Shown here in pieces: positions 28,472 to 37,409 of a DNA stretch of 64,000 nucleotides. The DNA is from Candidatus Eiseniibacteriota bacterium (lineage in GTDB: Bacteria > Eisenbacteria > RBG-16-71-46). Within the stretch, counting starts at the first letter, position 1. Every line of letters begins with the position of its first letter. The notes under the pieces were generated by a model, which made no database searches, was not told where the DNA came from, and was given only the letters and a program-made list of their open reading frames with translations. The DNA lies in contig CAVUWA010000010.1 in the NCBI GenBank assembly GCA_963744995.1, positions 64,001 to 128,000 on the forward strand, given 5' to 3'. Both the position numbers and the translations under genes were made by a program.

Positions 28472-28482
28472 CCGTTCACAGG

Positions 28483-29043
28483 TCACCGGATCCGCACGAA
28501 CTTCTGCACGCCTTCCACGTGTCCGTCAACGAGCAGTCGCGCGAAGTAGATCCCGGAGGCGACCCGCGCCTCGGACGCGGGGTCGAAGACGAGCCGGTGC
28601 CGGCCCGCGGCGAGCGACCGGGCAGCGTCCGTCGAGACTGCGCGGCCCTGCAGGTCCAGAACGAGGAGCGAGACAACGGCCGGGCGCGGGAGGCCGACCA
28701 CGAAGGCCAGCGCGCCGTGCGACGGGTTGGGAGTGGGTGCCGCGAACTCGATCGCGGTGGGCGGCGTGAGCACGCCCCCGGGCGGATCCACTGCCGTCGC
28801 CTCCGGTGCACGGAACGTCCAGAAGCCGTGCGCGGCGGCGTGCGCGGGCGCAGCGCTCGCTCCGATCACGGCCTGCCCGACGGTGCCCATGAGCAGGCGA
28901 CCGCTACCGGTCACGGTCGTCGCGCCGCTCGCGATCACCGCGCGCGTGATCGTCGCGCCCGGTGCCTCGGCGGCCGCGGCGCCGCTCAGCGTGACGGTGA
29001 GGATGAGGGCGAGTCCGGCCCATAGTCGCGCGGGGGCGCTCAT
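28483..29043 (-). CDS. Small secreted protein (IASG...GTVGQ...GFW domain) with FlgD-Ig/T9SS-A-like CTD
   Basis: Signal peptide MSAPARLWAGLALILTVTLSGAAAA; TPNP...LDLQGRAV...SGIYFARL; ATGA overlap with the upstream gene. Confidence 0.8.
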   Translation of the reverse strand: MSAPARLWAGLALILTVTLSGAAAAEAPGATITRAVIASGATTVTGSGRLLMGTVGQAVIGASAAPAHAAAHGFWTFRAPEATAVDPPGGVLTPPTAIEFAAPTPNPSHGALAFVVGLPRPAVVSLLVLDLQGRAVSTDAARSLAAGRHRLVFDPASEARVASGIYFARLLVDGHVEGVQKFVRIR

Positions 29044-29954
29044 CGCGTCGACGATTCCGGTACCGGGGGCATCGCCGTCGGCATGCCTCCGGGTGCTGCG
29101 GCGACCGCGCCGTAGCTCGTGGGATAGTACGTCGCGAGGAGGGAGAGGAACGTGATCGACTCCTGCGTGGGGCTGTAGGCGCCGTAGCGCGCGGTGCAGA
29201 ACGAGTACTTGTGCAGCCCCGCGGTGACCGGGAACACGCGCTGGATCCCGAACGACCAGTCCCAGTAGCCGTTGTTCGGCGCGAACTGGAACCCGATCCA
29301 CTGGTAGTAGCCGTACTCCGCGGGGACGGTGGTCGTCGCGTTGGCCGTGGTCTCGGAGAGCTGGATGATCCCGTACTGCGAGGTGTTCTGAACGACCAGG
29401 GTCATCGTGAGGTAGCCCGTCGCCGACACGACGACATAGCCGTCGGCCGGCGCGTTGAAGTCCAGAGTCTGATCCTTGAACAGATTGATCGGGTTCCCGA
29501 AGTTGCCGTTGCCGAGCACCGAGTACGACCCGGCGTACAGCAGATGGGCGATCCCGGGGAGCGGCGTTCGCGTGGCCATCGCGTAGGGCGCGGAGGTCAG
29601 GGGCGCCCTGGGTGCCATCTCGGGGTCGGCGCCCACCGTGATGCCGAGCCAGTACTGCCGGTCGAACGGCATGGAGAGCGGCGTCACCGAGCCAAGCACG
29701 ACCGAGAAGAGCCCGTTGGTCACGGTCACGCTTCCCTGGGTCTCGGTCCACAGGGCGGCGCCCCCGCTCGACACGTCGTAGAGCCGGAAGGTCAGGGCGT
29801 AGGGGCCGTTCGGGACGTTGATTCCACCGCCGTCGGTGAGCTGGCCCTGGTAGCTCATGGTGCTCGGGGGCGCGGCGTGCGCGGCCTGCGCGAGCGGAAC
29901 CAGGGCGAGCCCGCACAGCGCGAGGAGGATGGCGGTACGGCGGAACCAGGACAT
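29040..29954 (-). CDS. Secreted protein with YQGxL...FRLYD...GLFSVVLG...APYA N-terminal domain (type seen on fibre/collagen-like proteins) and a C-terminal beta-sandwich
   Basis: MSYQGQLTDGGG...TFRLYD...LWTETQ...NGLFSVVLGS...YWLGITVGADPEMAPR.PLTSAPYA; GGAG RBS; no CTD. Confidence 0.75.
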   Translation of the reverse strand: MSWFRRTAILLALCGLALVPLAQAAHAAPPSTMSYQGQLTDGGGINVPNGPYALTFRLYDVSSGGAALWTETQGSVTVTNGLFSVVLGSVTPLSMPFDRQYWLGITVGADPEMAPRAPLTSAPYAMATRTPLPGIAHLLYAGSYSVLGNGNFGNPINLFKDQTLDFNAPADGYVVVSATGYLTMTLVVQNTSQYGIIQLSETTANATTTVPAEYGYYQWIGFQFAPNNGYWDWSFGIQRVFPVTAGLHKYSFCTARYGAYSPTQESITFLSLLATYYPTSYGAVAAAPGGMPTAMPPVPESSTR

Positions 29955-30029
29955 GCGGGTTCTCCCCCGGGGTGGCGGCCCCCGGCCGAGAGGAACCGGG
30001 CCTCGTGCCGCGCAAACATCCCCGAGCCG

Positions 30030-31463
30030 TCAGCGGTCCGGAGCAGCCACCGACCCCGAATAGAGGAATTCGCACGGTCCGGCAGGAAACAGGGCCCGTG
30101 TCTTTCGGTACACTTCGAGCGCCGGCCCCGTGAGCGACCTGAGGATACTCGGCTTGTCGACGACCGGGGCGTCGAACGAACCATGGATTTCCTGCCGTAC
30201 GATGGCGCACCCCTTCTCGTCGATCACTGCCACGGTCAGGTCTGCGAACCGCTCGTGGACGAGATCGAGACCTCCGTTGAGAGCCAACCGGTTGCTGGGC
30301 GTCGCAAGCGCCACATCCTCGGCCGTGGCGATGCCGCGTTCGACATTCCAGTCGGAGACGAGCGTGACGATGCTGCTGTTTCCGCCGGTGCCTCGCAACA
30401 GGCTGGCGAAGTTGTAGCCCTTCGTCACCGCCAGGCCCAGCGGACCCGCCAGGAAGATGGCGCCGATGTCCACCAGATTGAGATTTTGGCTGGATTCGAA
30501 CCGCGACAGCGCAAGGTCGATGTCGTTTCCCACGAGGGTCAGGTCGTTGCCTCGCAGGGACACGCGTCCGCTCATGGTGCGAACGATCTCGCGCGCGGTG
30601 CCGCCCTGCGCCTTCAGGTTCGCCGAAAAGTCCATCTCCCCTTCCACCGCCCGATCCTGAGACACGCGCTCCAGGAAATCGCCGATGGCGAACCGCGGCA
30701 GGGAGCATTGCATCTGGCAGACGGGAACCGGACCCGTGAGGTCCGCCTCGAGGTCGCCGGTCATCCGCGCGCCGAAGATCTCCATGGCGACCGGCTGGAG
30801 GCGGATGATCCCGCCGTTGCCATCGACCGTGGCTTCAAGGTCGGTCAGCAGGAAGCCCGGCGCCCGGACCTCCCCGCACGTGATCTTCGCCTGAAGCGCG
30901 AGGTCCTTCCAGGGGCGCTCGTGGTCCGTACGCCCGAAGCGAAGGCGGCCCACCGTCACATCGAAGTCTCTGACCTCGGTCGTATCGCCGGAGCTCAGGT
31001 CCGCGTAGCTCAGGGTCCCGTTCGAGAGTGACACGCGGGCGCCATCGAGTGCGCCCACCAGTGCCATGGCCTTCTTCAGTCGCTCGACGTTGATGTGTCC
31101 CCCGGCATCCCGCACGACGGAAAGCACGGGCCGCTCGAAGTCGGCCTTGCTGAGCCTGACTTCCCGGCGCAACAGGGGCAGCAGTGCAACTCCGATCCGG
31201 GTCCGTTTTGCAGAGGCGACGACCACGCCCCGTTCGTCGAGGACGCGGCCGTTCTCAGCCGTGACGTGGACGCCCGGGAAGAGCCCTGCGCTCAACCGGC
31301 CATCGATGCGGACGTCCATCCCCACGGCGTCGGAGATGGCCGCCTCCAGCCGGGGCTTGTACTGATTGAAGTTCACGAACAGCGGAACAACCAGGGCGGC
31401 GAGTGCCAGCAGTCCGATGACTACGCCAGCAGTCAGCACAAGTCGCTTCATCGTGCGAGACAT
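30030..31463 (-). CDS. AsmA family protein
   Basis: N-terminal TM, YKPRLEAAISDAVGMDVRIDGRL, LLPLLRREVRL, and a C-terminal ..G.LDL....I.GSFDAP.V. Confidence 0.75.
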   Translation of the reverse strand: MSRTMKRLVLTAGVVIGLLALAALVVPLFVNFNQYKPRLEAAISDAVGMDVRIDGRLSAGLFPGVHVTAENGRVLDERGVVVASAKRTRIGVALLPLLRREVRLSKADFERPVLSVVRDAGGHINVERLKKAMALVGALDGARVSLSNGTLSYADLSSGDTTEVRDFDVTVGRLRFGRTDHERPWKDLALQAKITCGEVRAPGFLLTDLEATVDGNGGIIRLQPVAMEIFGARMTGDLEADLTGPVPVCQMQCSLPRFAIGDFLERVSQDRAVEGEMDFSANLKAQGGTAREIVRTMSGRVSLRGNDLTLVGNDIDLALSRFESSQNLNLVDIGAIFLAGPLGLAVTKGYNFASLLRGTGGNSSIVTLVSDWNVERGIATAEDVALATPSNRLALNGGLDLVHERFADLTVAVIDEKGCAIVRQEIHGSFDAPVVDKPSILRSLTGPALEVYRKTRALFPAGPCEFLYSGSVAAPDR

Positions 31464-31599
31464 CAGCCACACACCACTTTCGGCGCCGTCAATCCTTGCG
31501 CATGCGCGGGGCCCATCGCGATCGTCCAGAGCATGTTTCACCTCCTGTGTGGGCGGGCCGGACCGGTGGGCGACATTTGAGTGCCCACCGGTCGTGCCG

Positions 31600-31950
31600 T
31601 CATCGCCGGGGACTGCCCCGAGCGGCTCGCCCTCGTTTGAGCGCATCCACCTCCGCGCGCAGGAGTTCGAGTTCCAGCGTCTGTTTGCCGATCAGCACCT
31701 GAAGCTCACGGACGTACTGCGCCGTGCCGAGCTTGTGGCCCGGGTTCAAGCCCATGTCGGCAGCGCCAGGGGCGGCCGCCCCCTGCGGTATGAGTCGTTT
31801 CCACCGCTGCAGCAGACTTCGCGCAATCCCCAGCTTGCGGCTCAGGTCTGCGATCGATGTTTCGCCGCGCAGGACCTTTCCGATCTGCTCATTCTTGAAC
31901 TGGGCCGAGTAGATCCGCCGGCCGTCCGACTTGCGTGGAATACGTGCCAT
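31600..31950 (-). CDS. Solo IS3-family OrfA-type HTH protein (HTH_Tnp_1-like); no OrfB
   Basis: RRIYSAQFKNEQI...GETSIADLSRKLGIARSLLQRWKR followed by the coiled coil VRELQVLIGKQTLELELLR; GGAG RBS. Confidence 0.75.
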   Translation of the reverse strand: MARIPRKSDGRRIYSAQFKNEQIGKVLRGETSIADLSRKLGIARSLLQRWKRLIPQGAAAPGAADMGLNPGHKLGTAQYVRELQVLIGKQTLELELLRAEVDALKRGRAARGSPRR

Positions 31951-31966
31951 TCGGGCTCCGCGTGCG

Positions 31967-32578
31967 CTACTGGCGTACGGCGACGGCCTCACTGGTGGTG
32001 AACGTGAGCGTGCTCCCGGACTTGAGCACGACCTGATAGCCGTCCGAAGCAGCCACGACACCGGTCGCGACGCCGCCGCCGACGACCGCGCCAACCACCG
32101 CACCCTTCGTCGTGCCGCTGGCCGCCTTGCCGATCAGCGCGCCTGCGCCGGCACTGCCCGCAATCGCACCCAGGTTACGGGCCCGCGTCGAACCGGCCAC
32201 GATGGCCTCGGTGCTGCCGTGCACGGAATAGTTGTGGCCGTTGATGTTCATCGAGGTCAGTCCGAGGTCGAGCATGGCGCGATCCCCCTTCTTGGCCGGC
32301 TTGACCGATGTGACGGTGCCGGAGACCGAACTGCCGGCCGGAATCCCCTCGCGGCCGGTAGCGACGGTTCCGCTCCACGCAGAGCCGGCACTGGCGGTTT
32401 CCGAGGACAGCTCGCTGCCGAGCGTCACCTCGATCGAGGATCCGGAAGGCACCGTCAGGGTGTTGTTCGCACCGGACGAGGTGCCGGTGCCGTTCTCGGC
32501 GACCTTCTGTTCGTTGCAGCCCGTGAGACCGGCGACCGCGACCAGCGCGACCACGAACAACCAGTTGGAATGACGCAT
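31967..32578 (-). CDS. Lipoprotein with glycine-zipper segment
   Basis: LTGC lipobox; TVPSGSSIEVTL...LSSETA; IAGSAGAGALIG...KGAVVGAVVGGG; AGGAG RBS. Confidence 0.75.
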   Translation of the reverse strand: MRHSNWLFVVALVAVAGLTGCNEQKVAENGTGTSSGANNTLTVPSGSSIEVTLGSELSSETASAGSAWSGTVATGREGIPAGSSVSGTVTSVKPAKKGDRAMLDLGLTSMNINGHNYSVHGSTEAIVAGSTRARNLGAIAGSAGAGALIGKAASGTTKGAVVGAVVGGGVATGVVAASDGYQVVLKSGSTLTFTTSEAVAVRQ

Positions 32579-33330
32579 GGGACGACTCCTTTGGTCGGGC
32601 GAGGACCTGCCGCTCCGCGGCAGTCGCCACCCGGGATGGATGAATTGGGAAAGTAACGCGTGTTGTTCCGCGGAATCGTCGATGTGCGCGGTCATGCGGA
32701 TGACCGCGGGCCAGCCTGGGAGTGGCTGGTAGGGCGATTCGTGACTCGCGTGCGGTGTGGGGGCCGAGCCTCGGGCCGCCCCGTGCATCGGGCGAGTGCT
32801 GACGGCAGCATGTGCTCATCCGCGCCACATAGCAAGGCGAATCGCTGGTGACAGTCCAACTGGTCACAGGCACAGACTTGAAGCTGTCGTTCAGGAACCG
32901 GGCGATGAGCGGAACGGGCACCGTGGCCCGCAATCGCGGTCGTCGCCATCGCGCAGCGCGATCATTTCTGGCGGCGGGCGAGCCTCGGATGAACAATCAC
33001 CGGCGTCTCCCATGTCCGTTGCGAGCACAGACGTGGGACTGTCGCCGGGTCTGTCAGCGCGAATTGCCTTGTATCCCCCGCTCGGAAGCCGCATGGTGTG
33101 TTCATCGCCTGTCTCGATGCGGGGAGGCGGTCCTAGAGACCCGAACTTCCCCAGCTCGCAAGCGGGCACAGAGTCGATTGACCAACCATCCCCGGTTGGC
33201 GGCGGCCATTCCCTCCTGACCGCGCATCCGCAACGATTCCAAAGCACCTCATCCAACGAAAACTCAACGGCGACCGCGGGACCCCCGTGTTTGAACCGCC
33301 GACTCACTCTGGTTTCAAAGGAGTATTTCA

Positions 33331-33795
33331 ATGCGTCACCTACACATCATTGCAAGCGTCATTCTGCTGGCCCTGACTGCCAGTGCTCTCTCGCCGAGCC
33401 GTGCGGCTGCCGGAACCGACGTGGACCTGCGCGCCGGGTACTACACCGACATGGAAGCGGTTTCGCTCGGTGGCGGGTTGCTTTCCAGCCTGGGCTCAAG
33501 ATGGTTCTTCAATCCGAACCTCGAAATGGCCTTCGGGGACCGCGTCATGCTGAGTGCCCTGAGCGCGGACTTTCATTACGACCTGCCCTCGGCCAGCATG
33601 ATGTCGTTCTACCTCGGCGGCGGCCCCACCGTGCTCCTCGCGAATCCCGATCGCGGTGATGCGAACACGGAGCTCGGAATGAACCTTCTCGCCGGAGTGT
33701 CGTCGCTCAGCGGCCAGGTGCGTCCGTTTGCGCAGCTGAAGGCGATCCTTGCCGACAATAGTGAAGTCGCATTGATGGGCGGCATCCGCTTCTAG
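33331..33795 (+). CDS. Small outer-membrane beta-barrel protein
   Basis: Signal peptide, alternating beta-strands, FYLGGG, terminal GIRF (C-terminal Phe); AAGGAG RBS. Confidence 0.8.
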   Translation: MRHLHIIASVILLALTASALSPSRAAAGTDVDLRAGYYTDMEAVSLGGGLLSSLGSRWFFNPNLEMAFGDRVMLSALSADFHYDLPSASMMSFYLGGGPTVLLANPDRGDANTELGMNLLAGVSSLSGQVRPFAQLKAILADNSEVALMGGIRF

Positions 33796-33805
33796 ACCCA
33801 CCTCC

Positions 33806-33846
33806 TCGTGCCCGGAGGCCTTCGGCTTCCGGGCACGATTTGTTTG
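33806..33846 (+). terminator. Intrinsic terminator
   Basis: TCGTGCCCGGAGGCC-TTC-GGCTTCCGGGCACGA hairpin followed by TTTGTTTG. Confidence 0.75.
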
Positions 33847-34097
33847 TGCATGGCCCCGATCCCCACCGGGACCCCCGCGGGTGACCGGGCGCGGACGATC
33901 GCCCGATCGCGTGCGTATCATGAGTTCCAGATGCCGCGCGGCTGGGCGGATCGCATATCCAGCACCGGGGCCGATATGGGGGCCGATGGTGGGCCGGCGG
34001 CACGAGACACCGTCGAACTCAGGCCACCCCCGGCTTGCGGATGAGGACCTCGAGGAGTGGTACAACCTGGTGGGATCAGATCAGGAGGTCGAGAGAC

Positions 34098-35507
34098 ATG
34101 GCGATGCGATCGTTGAAGACCGATTACCTCGTCGTGGGTGCGGGGGCGATGGGCATGGCGTTCACCGACGCCCTGATCGACCACGCCGACATGCACGTCA
34201 CGCTCGTCGATCGGCGTCACGTCCCCGGCGGGCACTGGCAGGATGCCTACCCGTTCGTCCAGCTCCACCAGGCATCGGTGTTTTACGGCGTCGCGTCGAC
34301 CGTGCTCGGCAGCGGCGCGGTGCAGCAGAGCGGGCCGGAGAAGGGTCTGCACGAACGGGCCCGCCAACCGGAGATCCGGGCCTATTACGATGACATCCTG
34401 CATCGCCGCTTCCTCCGCTCCGGCCGCGTCGCCTTTCTCGGAGGAAGCGATTATCACACCGACGGGTCCGCCCATCTCGTGACGTCGCGGATATCGGGTG
34501 AGACCGTCAAGGTCGACGTGCGACGCCGGGTCGTCGACGCCACCTACCTGTCGCCGACCATCCCCGCGACGACACCCCCTCCCTTCGGTGTCGCAGACGA
34601 CGTCGCCGTCGTTGCCGTCAACGAGCTTGCCCGGTTGACCGGGGCGCCGAGCAACTACGTGCTCGTCGGTGCCGGAAAGACGGCCACCGACGGGATCGTG
34701 TGGCTGTTGCAGAACGGCGTCCCGCCGGACCGCATCGTCTGGGTACGCCCGCGCGACCCGTGGATGCTCAACCGCGCGGTCGTCCAACCGGACCCGGCCG
34801 TGGCGCTGGGGCTTGTCGCGGACATCATGGCGGCGGGCGCCGATGCCGAGTCGCTCGACGACCTCTTCCTGCGGCTCGAAGCCGCCGGCGTGATGTTCCG
34901 GATCGACCGCGACGTCCTTCCCACGATGGCCAAGACTCCCACCCTCGGTGCGTGGGAGCTCGATCTGCTCCGGCGCATCGAGAACGTCGTTCGCCTCGGC
35001 CACATCCAGCACGTGACTCGCCGGGAGATCGTCCTCGAGCGGGGCACGGTCGCGCTGGCACCGGGTTCGCTCATCGTGCACTGCGCCGCCTCTGGACTGC
35101 AGTATCCGCCGCTCGTTCCCGTCTTCGGACCGACGATCCGGCTTCAGACGATCCGGGTCGGCTTCCCCTGCTTCTGCGCCGCCCTCGCCGGCTACGTGGA
35201 GGCGACTCGCGATGACGACCGGGAGCGGAACCGCCTGTGTCCGCCGAACACCCTGCCGAACAACCCCGCTGACTGGGCGCGGATGCTGGTTCGCGGTACG
35301 GTCGCCGCGGGCCGGTACGGCGCCGAGTCGGACATCGCCGCCTGGGCCAGCGGCTGCGCCCTGAACCCGGCGCGCGTCCAGGCGTCCCAAAGAAACGAGC
35401 CGGCCGTGCGGGCGTCGGCGGCGCGCCTGGCCGATGTCGCCGAGCGCGGCCTCGCGCGGCTCGCCGCGCTCGCGCACGAGCCGCTGTCCGCCCTCGATGG
35501 GGCGTGA
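34098..35507 (+). CDS. NAD(P)/FAD-dependent oxidoreductase
   Basis: YLVVGAGAMG, PGGHWQDAYPFVQLHQ, second dinucleotide motif VLVGAGKTATD; AGGAGG RBS. Confidence 0.85.
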   Translation: MAMRSLKTDYLVVGAGAMGMAFTDALIDHADMHVTLVDRRHVPGGHWQDAYPFVQLHQASVFYGVASTVLGSGAVQQSGPEKGLHERARQPEIRAYYDDILHRRFLRSGRVAFLGGSDYHTDGSAHLVTSRISGETVKVDVRRRVVDATYLSPTIPATTPPPFGVADDVAVVAVNELARLTGAPSNYVLVGAGKTATDGIVWLLQNGVPPDRIVWVRPRDPWMLNRAVVQPDPAVALGLVADIMAAGADAESLDDLFLRLEAAGVMFRIDRDVLPTMAKTPTLGAWELDLLRRIENVVRLGHIQHVTRREIVLERGTVALAPGSLIVHCAASGLQYPPLVPVFGPTIRLQTIRVGFPCFCAALAGYVEATRDDDRERNRLCPPNTLPNNPADWARMLVRGTVAAGRYGAESDIAAWASGCALNPARVQASQRNEPAVRASAARLADVAERGLARLAALAHEPLSALDGA

Positions 35508-35818
35508 TGCCGCTCGTCGGGCGGCCCGCCTGGCCCGACCGGGCGGGTCCGATCTGTCGACGGGTGAAGGCGAACGTGGACCGGGAGAGAGTGGGACAGG
35601 ATCCAACGCCCCTCGAGGACTCTCTCCCCGGCGACGAGGGTGGAGTGATACGGGGTGAGCTGCGCCAGGGCCGGGTTACCGACGTCCGAGCCCCTCGGCC
35701 GGCTGCCCTGCGTACATGAAACTACCCATGCCCTCGCTCTGCGGGATTTGGGTGTTCTTGCCGATGCGGCTGGCAGCAGTTCCTCCCTACTCTGTCCTGG
35801 CGACGAGAGGAGGCGACC

Positions 35819-36946
35819 ATGTCCGGGAAGAATAGTCTCGAGCGGATCGAAACGGTCATCGTCGGAGCCGGACAGGCCGGCCTCGCGACCGGCTATCATC
35901 TCCGGCGCCGCCGCCGACCCTTCGTGATCCTCGAAGCGACGGGCCGCATCGGCGATAACTGGCGAACGAAATGGGATTCGCTCCGCCTGTTCACACCGGC
36001 GATGCTCAGCGAACTCCCCGGAGCGCGCCACATAGGCCCCCGCTGGGCTTTCCACACCAAGGACGAGTTCGCCGACTACCTGGAAGCCTATGCGCGGCGC
36101 TTCGATCTCGATGTGCGCACCGGCGCGTGTGTCGAAGCTGTTCGTCACGACGGCGACCGGTACGTCGTGACGGCGGGGCCGTACCGCTTCGAAGCCGACC
36201 ATGTCGTCCTCGCGACCGGCGCCCACCGTGAGCCCCGGGTGCCGCCGTTTGCATCGCGTCTCCATCACGAGACCGTGCAGGTGCACTCGAGTGCGTACCA
36301 CAACCCGAGCCAGTTGCGATCGGGACCCGTGCTGGTCGTTGGGGCAGGCAACTCCGGAGCCGAGATCGCGCTGGAACTCGCCGCGCGATACGACGTGTCG
36401 CTCGCCGGCAGCAAGGTTCCATCCTTCCCCGCCCGCCCGGCGACCATGGCTGGACGAGTCGCCATGCCGTTGTTCCTCTTCATGGCCAAGCACGTTCTCA
36501 CCACCGGCACGCCGCTCGGGCGGCGAGTCCGCCCCTATGTACGGTCGCACGCCGCGCCGCTCATCCGGGTGAAGCCCCGCGACCTGGCCCGGGCGGGCGT
36601 CCGGCGCGTGGGCCGGGTCGTCGGTGTGCAGGACGGGCGGCCCCGGCTCGACGATGGAACCGTGCTCGTTGTCGCGAACATCGTCTGGTGCACCGGCTTC
36701 CGCACGGACTTCTCGTGGATCGACCGCCCCGCGTTCCAGACCGGGGACGGGCCGGTGCATGAGCGTGGCGTCATCATCGACGAGCCGGGGATGTACCTGG
36801 TGGGACAGCTGTTTCAGCACGCGTTGGCGTCGACCTTCATCGCTGGCGTAGGCCGGGACGCAGACCATGTGGCGGGGCAGATCGCGGCACGCGCCCGCCC
36901 GACTGCGATCATGGAGCGCCAGCCCCCGAAACGTGCCGAGCCGTAG
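35819..36946 (+). CDS. Flavin-containing monooxygenase-like (CzcO/TrkA-type) oxidoreductase
   Basis: VGAGQAGL, IGDNWRTKWDSLRLFTP, VLATG, HSSAY, VGAGNSGAEIA, WCTGF; GAGGAGG RBS. Confidence 0.88.
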   Translation: MSGKNSLERIETVIVGAGQAGLATGYHLRRRRRPFVILEATGRIGDNWRTKWDSLRLFTPAMLSELPGARHIGPRWAFHTKDEFADYLEAYARRFDLDVRTGACVEAVRHDGDRYVVTAGPYRFEADHVVLATGAHREPRVPPFASRLHHETVQVHSSAYHNPSQLRSGPVLVVGAGNSGAEIALELAARYDVSLAGSKVPSFPARPATMAGRVAMPLFLFMAKHVLTTGTPLGRRVRPYVRSHAAPLIRVKPRDLARAGVRRVGRVVGVQDGRPRLDDGTVLVVANIVWCTGFRTDFSWIDRPAFQTGDGPVHERGVIIDEPGMYLVGQLFQHALASTFIAGVGRDADHVAGQIAARARPTAIMERQPPKRAEP

Positions 36947-37409
36947 TCCCGGACCGCATCGGCGGCCGGAATGTCTCAGCTCCTGCGCGGCGGCGGTGGC
37001 GCGCGCAGGCAGTCCGCTCAGCCAGCCCACCCATCCCGCTCATGCCACCCCTGCCGGAGGCGCGCTCTTCGCAAGAGCCCGCCTCGCCCGCCGCCAGGCA
37101 CCGGGTGCCACACACCACGCGGCGGAACGCGCGGGAGAAGCTGGCGGGAGGATCGAGCACCCGCACGACTCGCCCGCCCGGACCCGGCGCGCGAATTCCG
37201 TGGACCGCGACCCGCCACTCTGAGAACCTCGTGTCGCTGCAACGCGTGGTGGGTCCATCCTCACCGGACCCACGGTTGGGCGGCGTCCTCCGCCGCCCGA
37301 ACGACCGGCACGTTGGCCCGCTCCCCGCGCATCGTCGTTCCGAAGGCCTGAAACCCGCTGTTCGACACTCACGCGCGGCAGTTCGCGAACCCGAAGGAGC
37401 TCTCCCAGC

